A program made the translations under genes and the position numbers. The notes under the pieces were generated by a model. That model worked only from the letters and a program-made list of their open reading frames with translations, was not told the origin of the DNA and did no database searches. 64,000 bases of DNA from the human T2T-CHM13v2.0 reference genome, Homo sapiens, in assembly GCF_009914755.1 (NCBI RefSeq), contig NC_060932.1; one strand, 5' to 3'. Every line of letters begins with the position of its first letter. Positions within the stretch are counted from its first letter, which is position 1. Below, piece after piece: positions 51,682 through 64,000 of the stretch.

Positions 51682-52324
51682 TGACACAGGATTTTTCTTG
51701 GCTTCTTTTTCTGGCTGGCAACGCCCCTGCCCAGGCCTTGCTCGGGCCTGGGCTCACTGGAGGAGATGCCCCATCTATTCCACGCCTTTCTTGTGCTCCA
51801 GCATGGATCCCATAGCCACCACCGTGAGGGTGCACTCGGCCCCTGTGTTCGGTGGGTCCCAAGTTCTTGTCCTGTGTTCAAGGAGAATGAGGTTGTGCTG
51901 ACAATTGAAGGGTGAGGAGGGCGGAGAAGAATTTTATGGAGTGATGAAACAGCTCTCAGCAGAGGGTGGGTGCGAGGGTGGTCCCCCACCCAAAGTGAGC
52001 TGGTCTCTCCGTCAGTGTGGCTAGGTCTGGGGCTTTTATGGGCTCAGAATGGGGAGGGGGTGCTGATTGTGAGTATGCAAAAAAGGCTAAAACAAAGGCA
52101 CCACTCAAAGGCATGGCAGTGTAAAAAAAAAAAAAAAAAAACAGGGAAGGTTAGGTATATGTAAATAGAGGAAAACATGCCAAACGGGAAAAGGGGTTCT
52201 CAATCCTGTCTGTGGATTTACCCGAGACTTGTAGCTAGGCTTTAAACTGTCCTCGGCTTGAACATCAGGTTTCGTTGGGGCCCGCGCCAGTCTGCCTAAG
52301 ATTGCCTGCCTCCTGCCACTGTCA
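51682..52324 (-). mobile_element. ERV1 solo LTR, LTR27/LTR28-like
   Basis: Minus strand TGACAGTGGCAGGAGGCAGGCAATC...AAGAAAAATCCTGTGTCA, with a perfect 4-bp TSD GATG at 51678-51681 and 52325-52328. Confidence 0.85.
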
Positions 52325-53611
52325 GATGGCCCCAGTAATGGTAAATATCCCGCAGGGACCATGGTGGTGCCACTCAAGTAAATATTGTCCCCTCAAAATG
52401 CCAGCAGACCCTTTCGACGAACATTGACGTGATTTTTCTAAAGAAGAAAACAATACGCCAACACAAACAAAAAATGACCAAGAAAGAGCTCTCTCCATAA
52501 AAAAAACTGGAAAGCAATTGTAAGTCATGCCTAATTGTGTCAAAAACATCTCAGCAAAATACTAACAAAATAATTTTTTTTGCATGTACGTGAAATAAGA
52601 ACACCAGGGCAGAATGCAGCATTTCAGGGAAGAGATGGCAAAGCAGTGGGAAGAAATTAAATTTTAGCTGCCAGAGCTCAGGAAACAAGCAGAAAGCAAA
52701 AGAATCAAAAATAAAAACAATAAAGGCATTATTGGAAGAAAAATAAGAAAGAACAGATATTACTGAATATCCTGTGAAAGATCAAGGGGATTTACTTGAA
52801 GGAAAAAATCCTTATTTATAAGAAACAATAAACAGAAATAGATATCTGAGCACATCTGTCTATACACAAACACAGACACATGCTCATAACACCCCAGCGA
52901 AACAGGCTGCTTGGCCATTTTAAAAAAATCTATAAAGCAGAAAGCTTAAAATAATTATATAATAGATGTAATACCAACATATACATTCAAATGAACAGAG
53001 ATTAACAACCCTGTCTGTGAAGTTGTATGAACCATTTTAAACAGAATAGCCACAAAGGATGGAAATAACAAATGGGCAAACATATACCAGGCAACTACCA
53101 ATTACATAAATATATAGAAGGAGGTAGGTGGATAGAGAGATACAATAGATAATAGAACAACTTAATAGAGGCCGTAATCTTATCATAAAATAAGGACATC
53201 TTTAGGCTAAGAACCACAGCTTAAAACAAAAAAGCACTAAAAAATGTCAAAGGACACATTTCATAATCAAAATATAATATGTATAGTTTTTAAATTATGA
53301 ACTATCATAGCAGAAATGTTTGTAAAGCAAAAATTACAATTTATAAAACTAGAAGTAAATGCACAACAACTACCGATGTTGTGTTTCCTCCTTTATTTTA
53401 TGAGAGCTTGAGAAGTGTCTTCACCTTAGTAGCATGGATAGATCCAATTGTATTCTCAATGCTACAACGCAGACACCTTTTTAAAAATGTCTATTGATCA
53501 TTTACAGACACTGATCACAAAACCCTTCAAAATTTCTAAACAGTAGCTGTATTGTCTTGCTAAAAAGGGAAAGGAAGACATAATTTTGTGTAAGTTTGGA
53601 GCTCTCTACTC

Positions 53612-53745
53612 CTTGTAATGTTTTGTTGAATTCATCTGCAAATCCATCAGAGAATGTGTGGGAAGTTTTACATAATTATTAGCTCAATTTTGTCAATGGA
53701 AATAAATGTATTCAAACATTCTATTTCTTCTTGAGCCAGCACTCC
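53612..53745 (-). mobile_element. Old L1M fragment
   Basis: 'gttgaattcatctgcaaatccatc...tattcaaacattctatttcttcttgag' is antisense L1 ORF2. Confidence 0.5.
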
Positions 53746-55123
53746 TGTGATTTTAATTTATTTGATATCCAACAGGAAAGAGTAGCCTTGTATTATTCTA
53801 CAAAAGTCCACACATGCATATCTTTTAGCGGAACAATAAATGCGGCCATACCGGAACAGAAGTTAACTCTTGAAGTATGTTTCTCAATGCCGATACCAGG
53901 AGGATCTTGCTATGTAAAAACACTGTAATAAGTTCTCCTGAAGAAAGGTAGTATATAACTTCACACAGTGTTTTAGGTTTGCAACCAGGGTTTTTGTCAA
54001 CTTCCTGTAACAGTTTTCATCTGAGAAAATCTGTCCTTTTATTTATGAGCAATGCTTTATCTGTTATATTTTCCTTTACTATCAGTCCATAATCCTTGAA
54101 AAATCTATCTTCCTCAGTATGTCAGTTTGGACAAAGAACAATCAAGTAATAGATATTTATTGGAAGTTTATTTTGTGTTTAGATAATGGATATAGTTCTA
54201 CAAAACAACACCCTGGGAAGCTGCAATGAGTGGACATACATCTAAAGGTAACTAACAGTGCAGCTGAGCCTGTGCTGAGAGCTGAGGAATTGCTCAGACA
54301 ACAGATGCTACATTTGCAGCAAGGGAGTGGAACTACACTCTGGAGTATTGGGAAAGGCTTCAAAGATAAGATGGTATCTGAATAGAAATTGAATAAATTT
54401 CAGGATAAATAAAGTACTTGCTGATTCTGTTCTATGTTTTCAGGAGTCCTTTGTGATTTACAAAGAAATGTTAAGAAACAAGTTTGTTTCCTTTACTTGA
54501 AAAAAAATTCTTCAGGATAAATGTAGAAGTTTTTTTGAAACAACTAGAATTGTGACATTACTTGGGAAGCAGAGAGAGAGCTAGATGGTGAAGTTGGAGA
54601 AGAGGATAATGATTTCTCTTCTGCAAGTCTAAGGGAAAGGAGATCACTCAGAAATCTGGGAGGAAGGGTTCCAGTCAATGTTGCAACAACCTAAGAGGGA
54701 CACACGCTGTCCACTGTCAAGGGCTGGAAAGTCTGCCTGCCCCCTCACACACCATCTTTATAAAATAACACAGTGAAATCTTTAAGGGGAAGCTTCCCAG
54801 GACCAAGCCCCTGGAAACCATGTACTTGTTGATCTGTGGGAAGAACACACATGATAAGTCTAGAAAAGAAAGCTGTGGGAGAGAGAAGTAGAATTTTTAA
54901 GAAAGTAAGGGCCATTTAAGTTAAAAAGAAAGGACATTCTACCTAGGGATAAGATTTTCTGTCAAAAATATATATGAAGAATTCGGCCAGGGCATTGTGT
55001 ATATTTAGATTATATTCTCTAATTTGCCACCTATCCAGATTTTTAGTAATGTGTCTGTATCAGAGTGTCCTCCAAACATAAAGTTTTATTTATATGCCTC
55101 AATAGAGCTAACACATTACGAAC

Positions 55124-55645
55124 ATTTCAGCTTTATTGAAGTATAATTGACAAATAGAAATTGTATACAGTCATCCCCTCTTATCTGCAGGGGTACATTC
55201 CAAGGCACCCACTGGACGTCAGTAACCATGGATAATACTGAACCCCATATATTCTGTTTTTCTGTACATACAGACCCATGATAAGGTTTAATGTATAAAT
55301 TAGACATAGTAAGAGATTAGCAACAACAATAATAAAATACTACAATTATAACTGTACTGTAATAAAACAATTATAACTATACTGTAATAAAAAACTATAC
55401 TGTAAAATAAAACAGCACTGTGAATGTGCTGTTTTTCAAATTATCTGATGGTGCTATATTGAGTTCATCTGTTTTTCAGGCTGTGGTTGACTGTGGGTGA
55501 CTGAAACCACAGAAAGCTAAAACACGGATAAGAGGGCGGGGGCTTACTATATATTACGTTGTACAACCTGTTGTTTTGATATATGTATATGTTGTGAAAT
55601 AATCACCACAATCATGCTAATTTATACATCCACCACCTCACATAA
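55124..55645 (-). mobile_element. L1MA/MB 3' end split by MER44
   Basis: 'agctttattgaagtataattgacaaatagaaattgta' resumes as 'gtacaacctgttgttttgatata...gttgtgaaataatcaccacaatca'. Confidence 0.75.
55168..55549 (-). mobile_element. MER44A/B-like Tigger7 MITE
   Basis: TIRs 'cagtcatcccctcttatctgc' and 'cggataagagggcgggggcttacta', flanked by TA. Confidence 0.88.
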
Positions 55646-55817
55646 AATAACACATTTGCTAATGCTAATATTTCCTTTCCTTTTTAATATTAAACAATTG
55701 TGATTCTTATATTAACTGGCTTTTAACATTTTTTCTTATAAAATTGTTTCTTTTGCAGATAGTTTCAAAAGAGATTCTAATTTAAACTATGAAAATATTT
55801 GAACTCCAATAAAATAA

Positions 55818-56151
<334 letters not shown>

Positions 56152-56487
56152 AAAATAAACGTATTTCTATTTTAACCTTATCTAAGAATACTTCAAAGTG
56201 ATGGAAAACATAAAACATGCTCATAGTTTGTTCATTATAACTAATAGGGGATAAAGAAACAGTAATACATTTTCCTGACACATTATGAAAGAGAAGTTCT
56301 TGAAGCAAAAACAAATAGATGACTACAATATTCTTTGAAATAAAAATTTTATTTTTTTTACTTTATATTGCTGAAAAATCATATGAATACTAAGAAAATG
56401 AATTTTTATTCATGCAGAACATATGGGAAAGTAAAAGGACAGGAGATGAGACAAATCAAAAAGGGCTTTAAAACTCTGGGGGAGCTA

Positions 56488-56630
56488 GGCCGGGCATGGT
56501 GGCTCATGCCTATAATCCCAGAACTTTGGGAGGCCGAGGTGGGCAGATTACGAAGTCAGGAGATCGAGCCCACCTGGCTAACATGGTGAAACCCCATCTC
56601 TACTAAAAATACAAAAAAAAATAGAACACG
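56488..56630 (+). mobile_element. Left-monomer-only Alu (Sc8/Y-type)
   Basis: Left arm plus A-rich linker only. Perfect 17-bp TSD aaactctgggggagcta at 56471-56487 and 56631-56647. Confidence 0.92.
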
Positions 56631-57227
56631 AAACTCTGGGGGAGCTAAATATTGATTGGTAAGAATGGAATTCCCTGCTTTTCAGCAGAACAGTCTGAGG
56701 TGCTTTGCAGAAAGTTCTCATGAAGTCATGAAAACTTTTCCCAGCCTTAATCTTATAAAGGGGAATCTGAGAAAAAAAAATCAGGTCTGATGTGTAAGGA
56801 GTTTAACTTGATGTTTTCTAGCATAATTTACTCCCCACTCCTTTTTATATAGTTGGATCCTATATAAGGTGTGAACACTAGATTTTAAAGTGCATCCTTC
56901 ATGACGCCATATAGCCCCCTCTTTGGGACACATGGTCGGGTGGTCAGTGCTCACAGTAGCCCTTCATTCCTTCCCACTGCTCGCCTGGATGAGGGAGACG
57001 TTTCCCTGGCAGCAGTTAATTACTGTGGGTAACTGAGTGCTCTCATATGGGGCTACAGGATCAAGAAGCTCAAGTTGCATGTAACTCCTGTAACTGATGG
57101 GAAGGGTTGGAGAACCTGGCATAGAACAAGCCTGGGATCAAAGGACCAAAGGACGCTGGATGCAAGACCACAGCCAAAGCCCAGCCTCGGCAATGGGCTG
57201 GCTAACATTCCTCTCGCCACATACACA

Positions 57228-57428
57228 CAAATGAAAACTATGTCAGGTGATGGGCATGTTCATTAGCTTGATTATGGTGGTTGGATCACATTCTGTGTAT
57301 GCCTGTGTGTGTGTATATATATATATGTATATATATGTGTGTATATATGTATATATATGTATATATATAATTTTGTATAACAAACAAATAATTTTTTCCA
57401 ACAAAGCTAAAAAAAAATAATAATAATT
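57228..57428 (+). mobile_element. L1MA/MB 3' terminal fragment with an internal (TG)n(TA)n microsatellite
   Basis: 'aactatgtcaggtgatgggcatgttcattagcttgattatggt' ... 'caacaaagctaaaaaaaaa'. Confidence 0.65.
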
Positions 57429-57974
57429 TCTTTATTAGTATTACTGCTACTGCTGTTTGGGGACCCATTACTGAACACTGGCACTGAAGACTCCAATGAG
57501 CCACTCTTTTTTGAGTCACAGGTTTGATTTTAATTCCATCAGCCAAGACTTTCCCCAGATACCAGGAAGCATAAGAAAAATAGTCTCTGCCACTGTTCCC
57601 TGTGGCTTCTTGAGAGAGGCTGTGTCCTTTGTATCTTGAAGTCATACATATTGGGATATTTCCCAAAAAGAAAAAGGAAATTTGGATGGTAGGCATTCAA
57701 AATGATGATAATTTTATCTAGAAACTATTAAAAATTTATGTGCAAGATGCGCCATGATGTGATTTGTATTTTAAAACTTCTCTCTCTCTGTATTATAGAC
57801 TATGAATGGGAGTGGAGGTTTACCAGAGGTAGGGAGGTGAGATAGACAGTTATTGCTGTTGCTTGAGAGAGACAGAAAGTGGTCCTGAGCTAACCAGATG
57901 CAGGTTAAGGCAGAAGGTGTCGAAGAGGAGGTGAATTAGGTAAGACCACTGGTTATAAAGAATAGAAATTTACC

Positions 57975-58515
57975 AAGGTTAAAAAAAGAATGTATTGACT
58001 GTGGTGTTCCCCAAAAGGCATAGAGCAGCAAAACCATAGTGAAATAAAAAGATGCAGGTGGATCTTAGGTAGAGCTGGAACCAGAGACTTGGATGTGATG
58101 ATTGGCATCTCATTTCCCTTCCCACCTGCTCTTTTCACACCAGCATCGTTCTTCCCCACTGCACAGCTAGAAGTTTCCCAAACTCTCATCCCATAGATTT
58201 GCATGCAGAAGTCGACTGTCTTCTTTGCTTCCAATTGAGAAAATCTTGAGGAGACTCAGTCTGGGTCCTGCATGAGTCCATTGCTCACTCCTGCAGCAAT
58301 CTCTCGAGTCCAGAACATTGAGATCCTGTGTGAACGTGATGGTCGGAGCTGAAGCCACCGGGCTGGATTAGAAGAAATGCAATTTTAACAGGCACAAGAC
58401 CTTTATGATCTGAAGAGAAACCAGGGTATCGAGATGCAGTTTCCAAAAGAAAAAGAATGCCATTCTTGAAAGACAAACTATTAGCAGGCAAATGAGAAGT
58501 GAATGTCTACTGTGC
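57975..58515 (-). mobile_element. Old MLT1 (J/K-like) LTR
   Basis: 'gagctggaaccagagacttggatgtg', 'gggtcctgcatgagtcca' and 'aatgtctactg'. Confidence 0.45.
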
Positions 58516-58657
58516 ATAGCAGATGGGGGAGTTAACAAGAATATGAAGACAGCACTTACCTGTCAAGGCTGGCAGAGAAGTTTCAGTAGTGTTAGCAATC
58601 TTAAAATGTACAAGGTACACTTAATTAACAGTTGATACTGACTGATGACTGATGTAA

Positions 58658-58954
58658 TTTTTTTTTTCTTTTTTTTTGAGACAGAGTCTCGCTCTGTCTC
58701 CCAGGCTGGAGTGAGGTGCTGCAATCTCACCTCACTGCAACCTCCGCCTCCTGGGTTCAAGCTATTCTCCTGCCTTAGCCTCCCGAGTGACTGGGACTAC
58801 AGGCATGCACCGCCACACCGAGCTAATTTTTTTTTGTATTTTTAGCAGAGAGGGGGTTTCACCATGTACGCCAGGATGGTCTCAATCTCTTGATCTCGTG
58901 ATCCGCCCACCTCAGCCTCCAAAAGTGCTGGGATTACAGGCATAAGCCACCGTC
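58658..58954 (-). mobile_element. AluSc-like, slightly 5'-truncated
   Basis: Sc-type 'ccaggatggtctcaatctcttgatctcgtgatcc'. TSD actgatg[t/g]aattt at 58648-58660 and 58956-58968. Confidence 0.93.
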
Positions 58955-61367
58955 AACTGATGGAATTTTTATTGATAGATGATTTGTGGCAATTAGATAG
59001 GTATACCTTCACTATTCAAGAGAGTAGACAGGCAGTATCTGAAATATTAGAAAAATATAATCCTGAGATTTAGGGTAGAATTAGGACCTTTCATACAGAT
59101 AACCCCCTACTCTGACTTATGAACCAACACCCCTTTCCCTGTTTTCCTGAACATTGCACCAAGATGGTTACTAGAATTTAACCTCAAAATCTTGATGCTC
59201 TGGTCAGTTCTAAAGGACACAAAATTTCTCCTAGAAAACCTGGGTGACAATTTTCAGTTGACTGCTGCCAAGGGGCTCTCCCCTTGTCTCTTCTTTCTTT
59301 CACCATTGCTCTGCTCTGCTGCCTGGGCTCCTGTGATTAATTGTCCACATCCCATGCCCTCTGGCTTTCTCCATCATTAGGATGTCATGTAATATAATAC
59401 AACGCAATGTATGTAGATGACTGGCTTGGGGTGCATGGTCATGGCAGGCTGGAGCATCTTTTGTTTCTCTCATTCTTATTTGGCATCTTAGGATAAGCTG
59501 TAGACCCTAATGTTAATCCTTTATTTATCCCAATGGACATCTTGGTTTCTCAAACGAAATAAGATTCTTGGGACCTCTCTGACATTATAGAACTCCTAAG
59601 GTAAGCATGCCTGCACTATGATTATTGCTGTATAAGAGCAAATGAAACTGTAGTCAGTTATAAGCTATGCAAAATGTGGGTTATACGGTTTGAATTATTC
59701 ATCTGGAATAGATCTTCAGTGTAGTGAGTGATGGTGTACTTGACAATAAGTGATAAATAATAGTGATTTTGATAAATTCTCTTGGATAGATGGCTTATGG
59801 CAATGCATAAACAGTGGGAAAGCATCTCATTTTAAATTGGGATCACTGCCCCAATACAAAATAAACAGATGCTATGACTCAGCAGTTGCTGTTAACAACA
59901 AGAACCCAATATCCAAAGCAAAGAACAATGATTAAAATTCAAGAGCAGCAGCTCTGCTTGGTGCTTGGAACATAATTTCAGTTAGGAACAGAGCGAATCA
60001 ACAATATTATGGAGTTTGTGACCTTAGTCTATTCTCTCCAGTGGGAGACATGGGGTTTCATAACCCACCTGCTTATTGATACTTACTTTGGGAAAGCCAA
60101 AATGCCGATTCCAGAGAAGGTTCAAAAATGATTGTGGCATTTATGTCTTAAAAACATTACAAGCTAGTGAAACAGTCCAGGAGCACAAAAACAAAACTAA
60201 TGCACCGTGCTTAATATGTCACTGAGTTCTCTGAAACTAATAGAAAATGATCTTCTGATTTTTATGTGTTTTCTTTTCCTCTGAATAACAGGCAGACTAT
60301 AATGCAAGTCCTTTAATAAATACATTAAGAAAAAGACATGCAATTTATGGTAATCAGTACCAAAAGTTGATATACTCAAATCATCACATTGCATAGGCAG
60401 CTAGCTGGGTTAATTTAATATCTCAGCAACTTTCTCTAACAGAAATATTAAAGATCTGTTAAAGAAATAGTCTAGGAAATATTTTTCTCTTTTTTCTATC
60501 ATATTTCTTCTTTTTAATGCTGTACCTCTCTTATAAGTTTTCTGTCTCATCTCCCACTAGAACTAATGATTATTCCCTCTGGGTTGTCCCACTGTAGTAT
60601 GTTTTTGTGATAAGAATTGCTCACTGCCTTGTATGGCAAACCTACTATGCAAAGGTTTGTTTCTCCTATGCCCAAAATTGAGTTTGTGCTCCACCTGCCC
60701 TTGAATCTTTTGATGCCGATGGGTCATCGGAGCTAATCATTACCACCATGAACTACAGTGCACTGCCCTCCAACTTTGCGCCACTCACGGAGATTCAATA
60801 TCTAGGCTGGGACATCTGGTCAACCAGTCATAGGTTATGAGTTCCTGCTTCTGGGCAGAGTCAGAGGGATGTCTCCATTTATTCTCTCTGCTGGAAGGAG
60901 GGACTCTGCCTACCATCATGATTCACACAACTGAGACCTTCAAAACCAGAAAAGAGTGGTAGACTGGAAGATGAGTCGTCAACAAAATGTCATGTTATCT
61001 ATAGAATGTACTTGCTCAGCATGATAAATAATGTTGGCTTAGTAAACTTCACACAGTCAAATTCATACATAAGAGTGAAACAATTGGAGATGTGTTTGCT
61101 AAATCAGAAACAATGAGAATATATTAATATAGCTTAACATTGTTCTAGAATTTTTGACATTGTGATAGGGCATGAAACAGTAACAATGGAACCATTTATG
61201 ATAAATCTAGAGCCAGAATTATAATTTTTGGATGAAAAGCTTGGTAATAGCTAGAAGCTCGTAGAGAATAAATGAAATAGAAACATGTTTAGAATTACCA
61301 ATAAAGTTTAGTTAACTTGCTAAACACAGAATAAATATACAAATTTTTTTAAAAAAGTTTGCAATTA

Positions 61368-61800
<433 letters not shown>

Positions 61801-62059
61801 TTATAATGACAAAACATCATTAAAGTATATGAATGAGTTTAAAAAGAAGAATCATAATATGTATCTTATTTTCAAATCAATGAATACCCACAATACAATA
61901 CAAGAATTTTAATATTATTACTTTTGAAAACTTGACAATATAATCTCAGAATTAGTTACAAATATAGACATACATGTAGACTATCAAGTTAGCTAGATTG
62001 GGACTATGGTTACATTTGTGTCTCTATTGCTTACTGTAGTGTCAGGTAGTAAGTTTACA

Positions 62060-62470
62060 AATAATAAAAATTTTAATGATAAAAATGTATGAAATGTAGG
62101 TAATGATATATATGTTTTTTGCAAACACCACAGTAATAATTGCTACAAATCAGAATTACTCATAGCTGCTAAAATTTAATGGGTGAAAGTAAGATGAGAA
62201 ACAGGATACTTGGATAGCAGTTAAATCCCTTTCCGCAAAAATCTTCTAAATTATCAAAATGAAACATACTAACCTTCCAGTGGAAAAATCTGTAAGATTC
62301 CATCTTAACCTAGTAATCAAAATTAATATCAGTAAAAAGACATATCAACATGTGCCTCCTGATACAATGCATTTGCACTAGGAAGGGCACAACATCAGTT
62401 CTGTGGCATTCTTGCCTAAACATTCATGACTTAAATCATTAAAAAATCATACAAATGCAAAATGAGGGAA
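62060..62470 (+). mobile_element. L1MC4-like 3' region
   Basis: 'gatgagaaacaggata', 'cagtggaaaaatctg...catcttaacctagtaatcaaaattaatatca' and 'tgtgcctcctgatacaatgca'. Confidence 0.7.
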
Positions 62471-63320
62471 TTTATTTTTCCTTTTTATTTATGATTGACA
62501 TTTAATAATTGGTTATACTTATATAAATAAAATAGACCCCAAATTTGACAAGACTTGTCAAATCTTGTCATGGAGATGAATTTATCACATTAAAAGTATT
62601 GTGCTAGGTAGTGGAAATACAAAATAAAATTACAAAGACACCCATCCAACCATATAGCCACTTGCTCTGTAAGAAGAAAACAAGACAAGGGAATAATTAT
62701 GTATCACATGGATTGCAGTCCAGGAGCACATACATTTCTAAGATAAATTGCTGTGCAAGTTGAACAGGACAATAATTTATTATAGAAGACATTTTAGAAA
62801 ATGAATGAAATTGTTGAGGGATATCTCACTGTATATTTCTGTCCTGAAATACCAGCTATTGGTATTGTTGGTATTTTACTTTTTAGTAAAAATGTAGAAG
62901 AAAATTTTTTTTCTTTCTTGTCTCATTTATTACCCTCAATTGTGTACGATATAATTGTGAAAACAGAAGTGAATCCTTTATTGAGTGCTATTCTATTCCA
63001 ACTGACCCCTCAAGTGTCATAGAAAGAATAATATGTGTGAACATAACCCAATTTTAGAAGCAAGAAACTGACCCACATTTATAAGCAAAAATACTTTTAT
63101 TCCCCGTAAGTACTCCTCCACATCAGAATTCAGGAACATGACATGTTCTCTGTTACCAGTAGATGGAGGGTATCAGACACGAAATTAAAAAAAAAATGTG
63201 AACAGGTATTTTAAGTGAGGAATTTTAACAGAATTTAAGGACTATTGACTCTCTATTATTTACATAAAAGCGTTTTAAATGATTTGAGTTTCAAGAACTC
63301 ACATCCAACTTTCCATAAGC

Positions 63321-64000
63321 TGTACTGGGTTGAATAGTGCCCCTGCAAAATTCATGTTCAGGTTGGGCACGGTGGCTAACGTCTGTAATCCCAGCACTTG
63401 GGGAGGCCGAGGCTGGTGGATTACCTGAGGTCAGGAATTTGAGACCAGCCTGACCAACATGGTGAAACCCAGTTTCTACTAAAAATACAAAAATTAGCCG
63501 GGCATGGTGGTGCATGACTGTAATCCCAGTTACTCAGGAGGCTGAGGCGGGAGAATCGCTTGAACTGGGGAGATGGAGGTTGCAGTGAGCTGAGATTGTG
63601 CCATGCACTCCAGCCCTGGGTGACAGAGCGAGAGCAAGATTCCGACTCAAAAAATTATAAATAGGTAAATAAATAGATAAATAACAAAATAACAAAAAAA
63701 TGTTCACCTGGAAACTGTGAATGCGACTTTGAAAAAAGGGTCTTTGCAGATAATCAAGTTAACATGAGGTCATACTGCATTAGAGTGGGTCATAAATTGA
63801 ATGACTAGTGTCCTTATAAGAAGAGGAAAATTTGGACACAGAGACAAGCAGGAGATAATAGGGAAGAAGACCATGTAACAGCGGGGCAGAGATTGGAGTA
63901 ATGCGGGTGGAAGCCACGCAACACCAAGGAGTGCCAGCAAACACCAGACACTGGGGAGAGGCAAGGGAGGGCTCATCCCCAGAGCCTTCAGATGGCCTAT
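63321..64000 (+). mobile_element. MLT1C-like LTR (runs off the window), split by an Alu
   Basis: 'tgtactgggttgaatagtgcccctgcaaaattcatgttca' resumes as 'cctggaaactgtgaatgcgac...gggtctttgcagataat...gtgtccttataagaagagg'. Confidence 0.88.
63361..63699 (+). mobile_element. AluS (Sq/Sx-like) inside MLT1C
   Basis: Full dimer with a degenerate A-rich tail; 'atgttca' is repeated on both sides. Confidence 0.95.

Noticed and set aside
52330-53530. A-rich stretch resembling decayed L1/HAL1
   Set aside because: Composition is suggestive, but there is no motif I can anchor.

Overview
Primate genomic DNA, almost certainly human: an Alu at 61368-61668 carries all five AluYa5 diagnostic changes. The window is AT-rich with no CpG island, and I recognise no protein-coding exon, RNA gene or processed pseudogene, so it looks intergenic or intronic. 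Every ORF in the supplied track is explained by transposon remnants, low complexity or chance. Repeats dominate: about 12 Alu-family SINEs (including a FAM fossil monomer, a left-arm-only Alu with an intact TSD and an AluYa5), two twin-primed (5'-inverted) L1PA insertions, old L1M, L2 and MIR fragments, two MER44/Tigger7 DNA transposons, a decayed ERVL provirus (LTR16-like LTR, PBS, gag-pro), a separate ERVL pol remnant, a full-length MLT1 (MaLR) provirus in a three-layer nest, and LTR9-like and LTR27-like solo LTRs. I found no convincing undescribed biological system. The best leads are insertion-mechanism fossils and a few candidate regulatory segments. Subfamily names come from recalled consensus motifs, not a database search, and boundaries of old elements are approximate.
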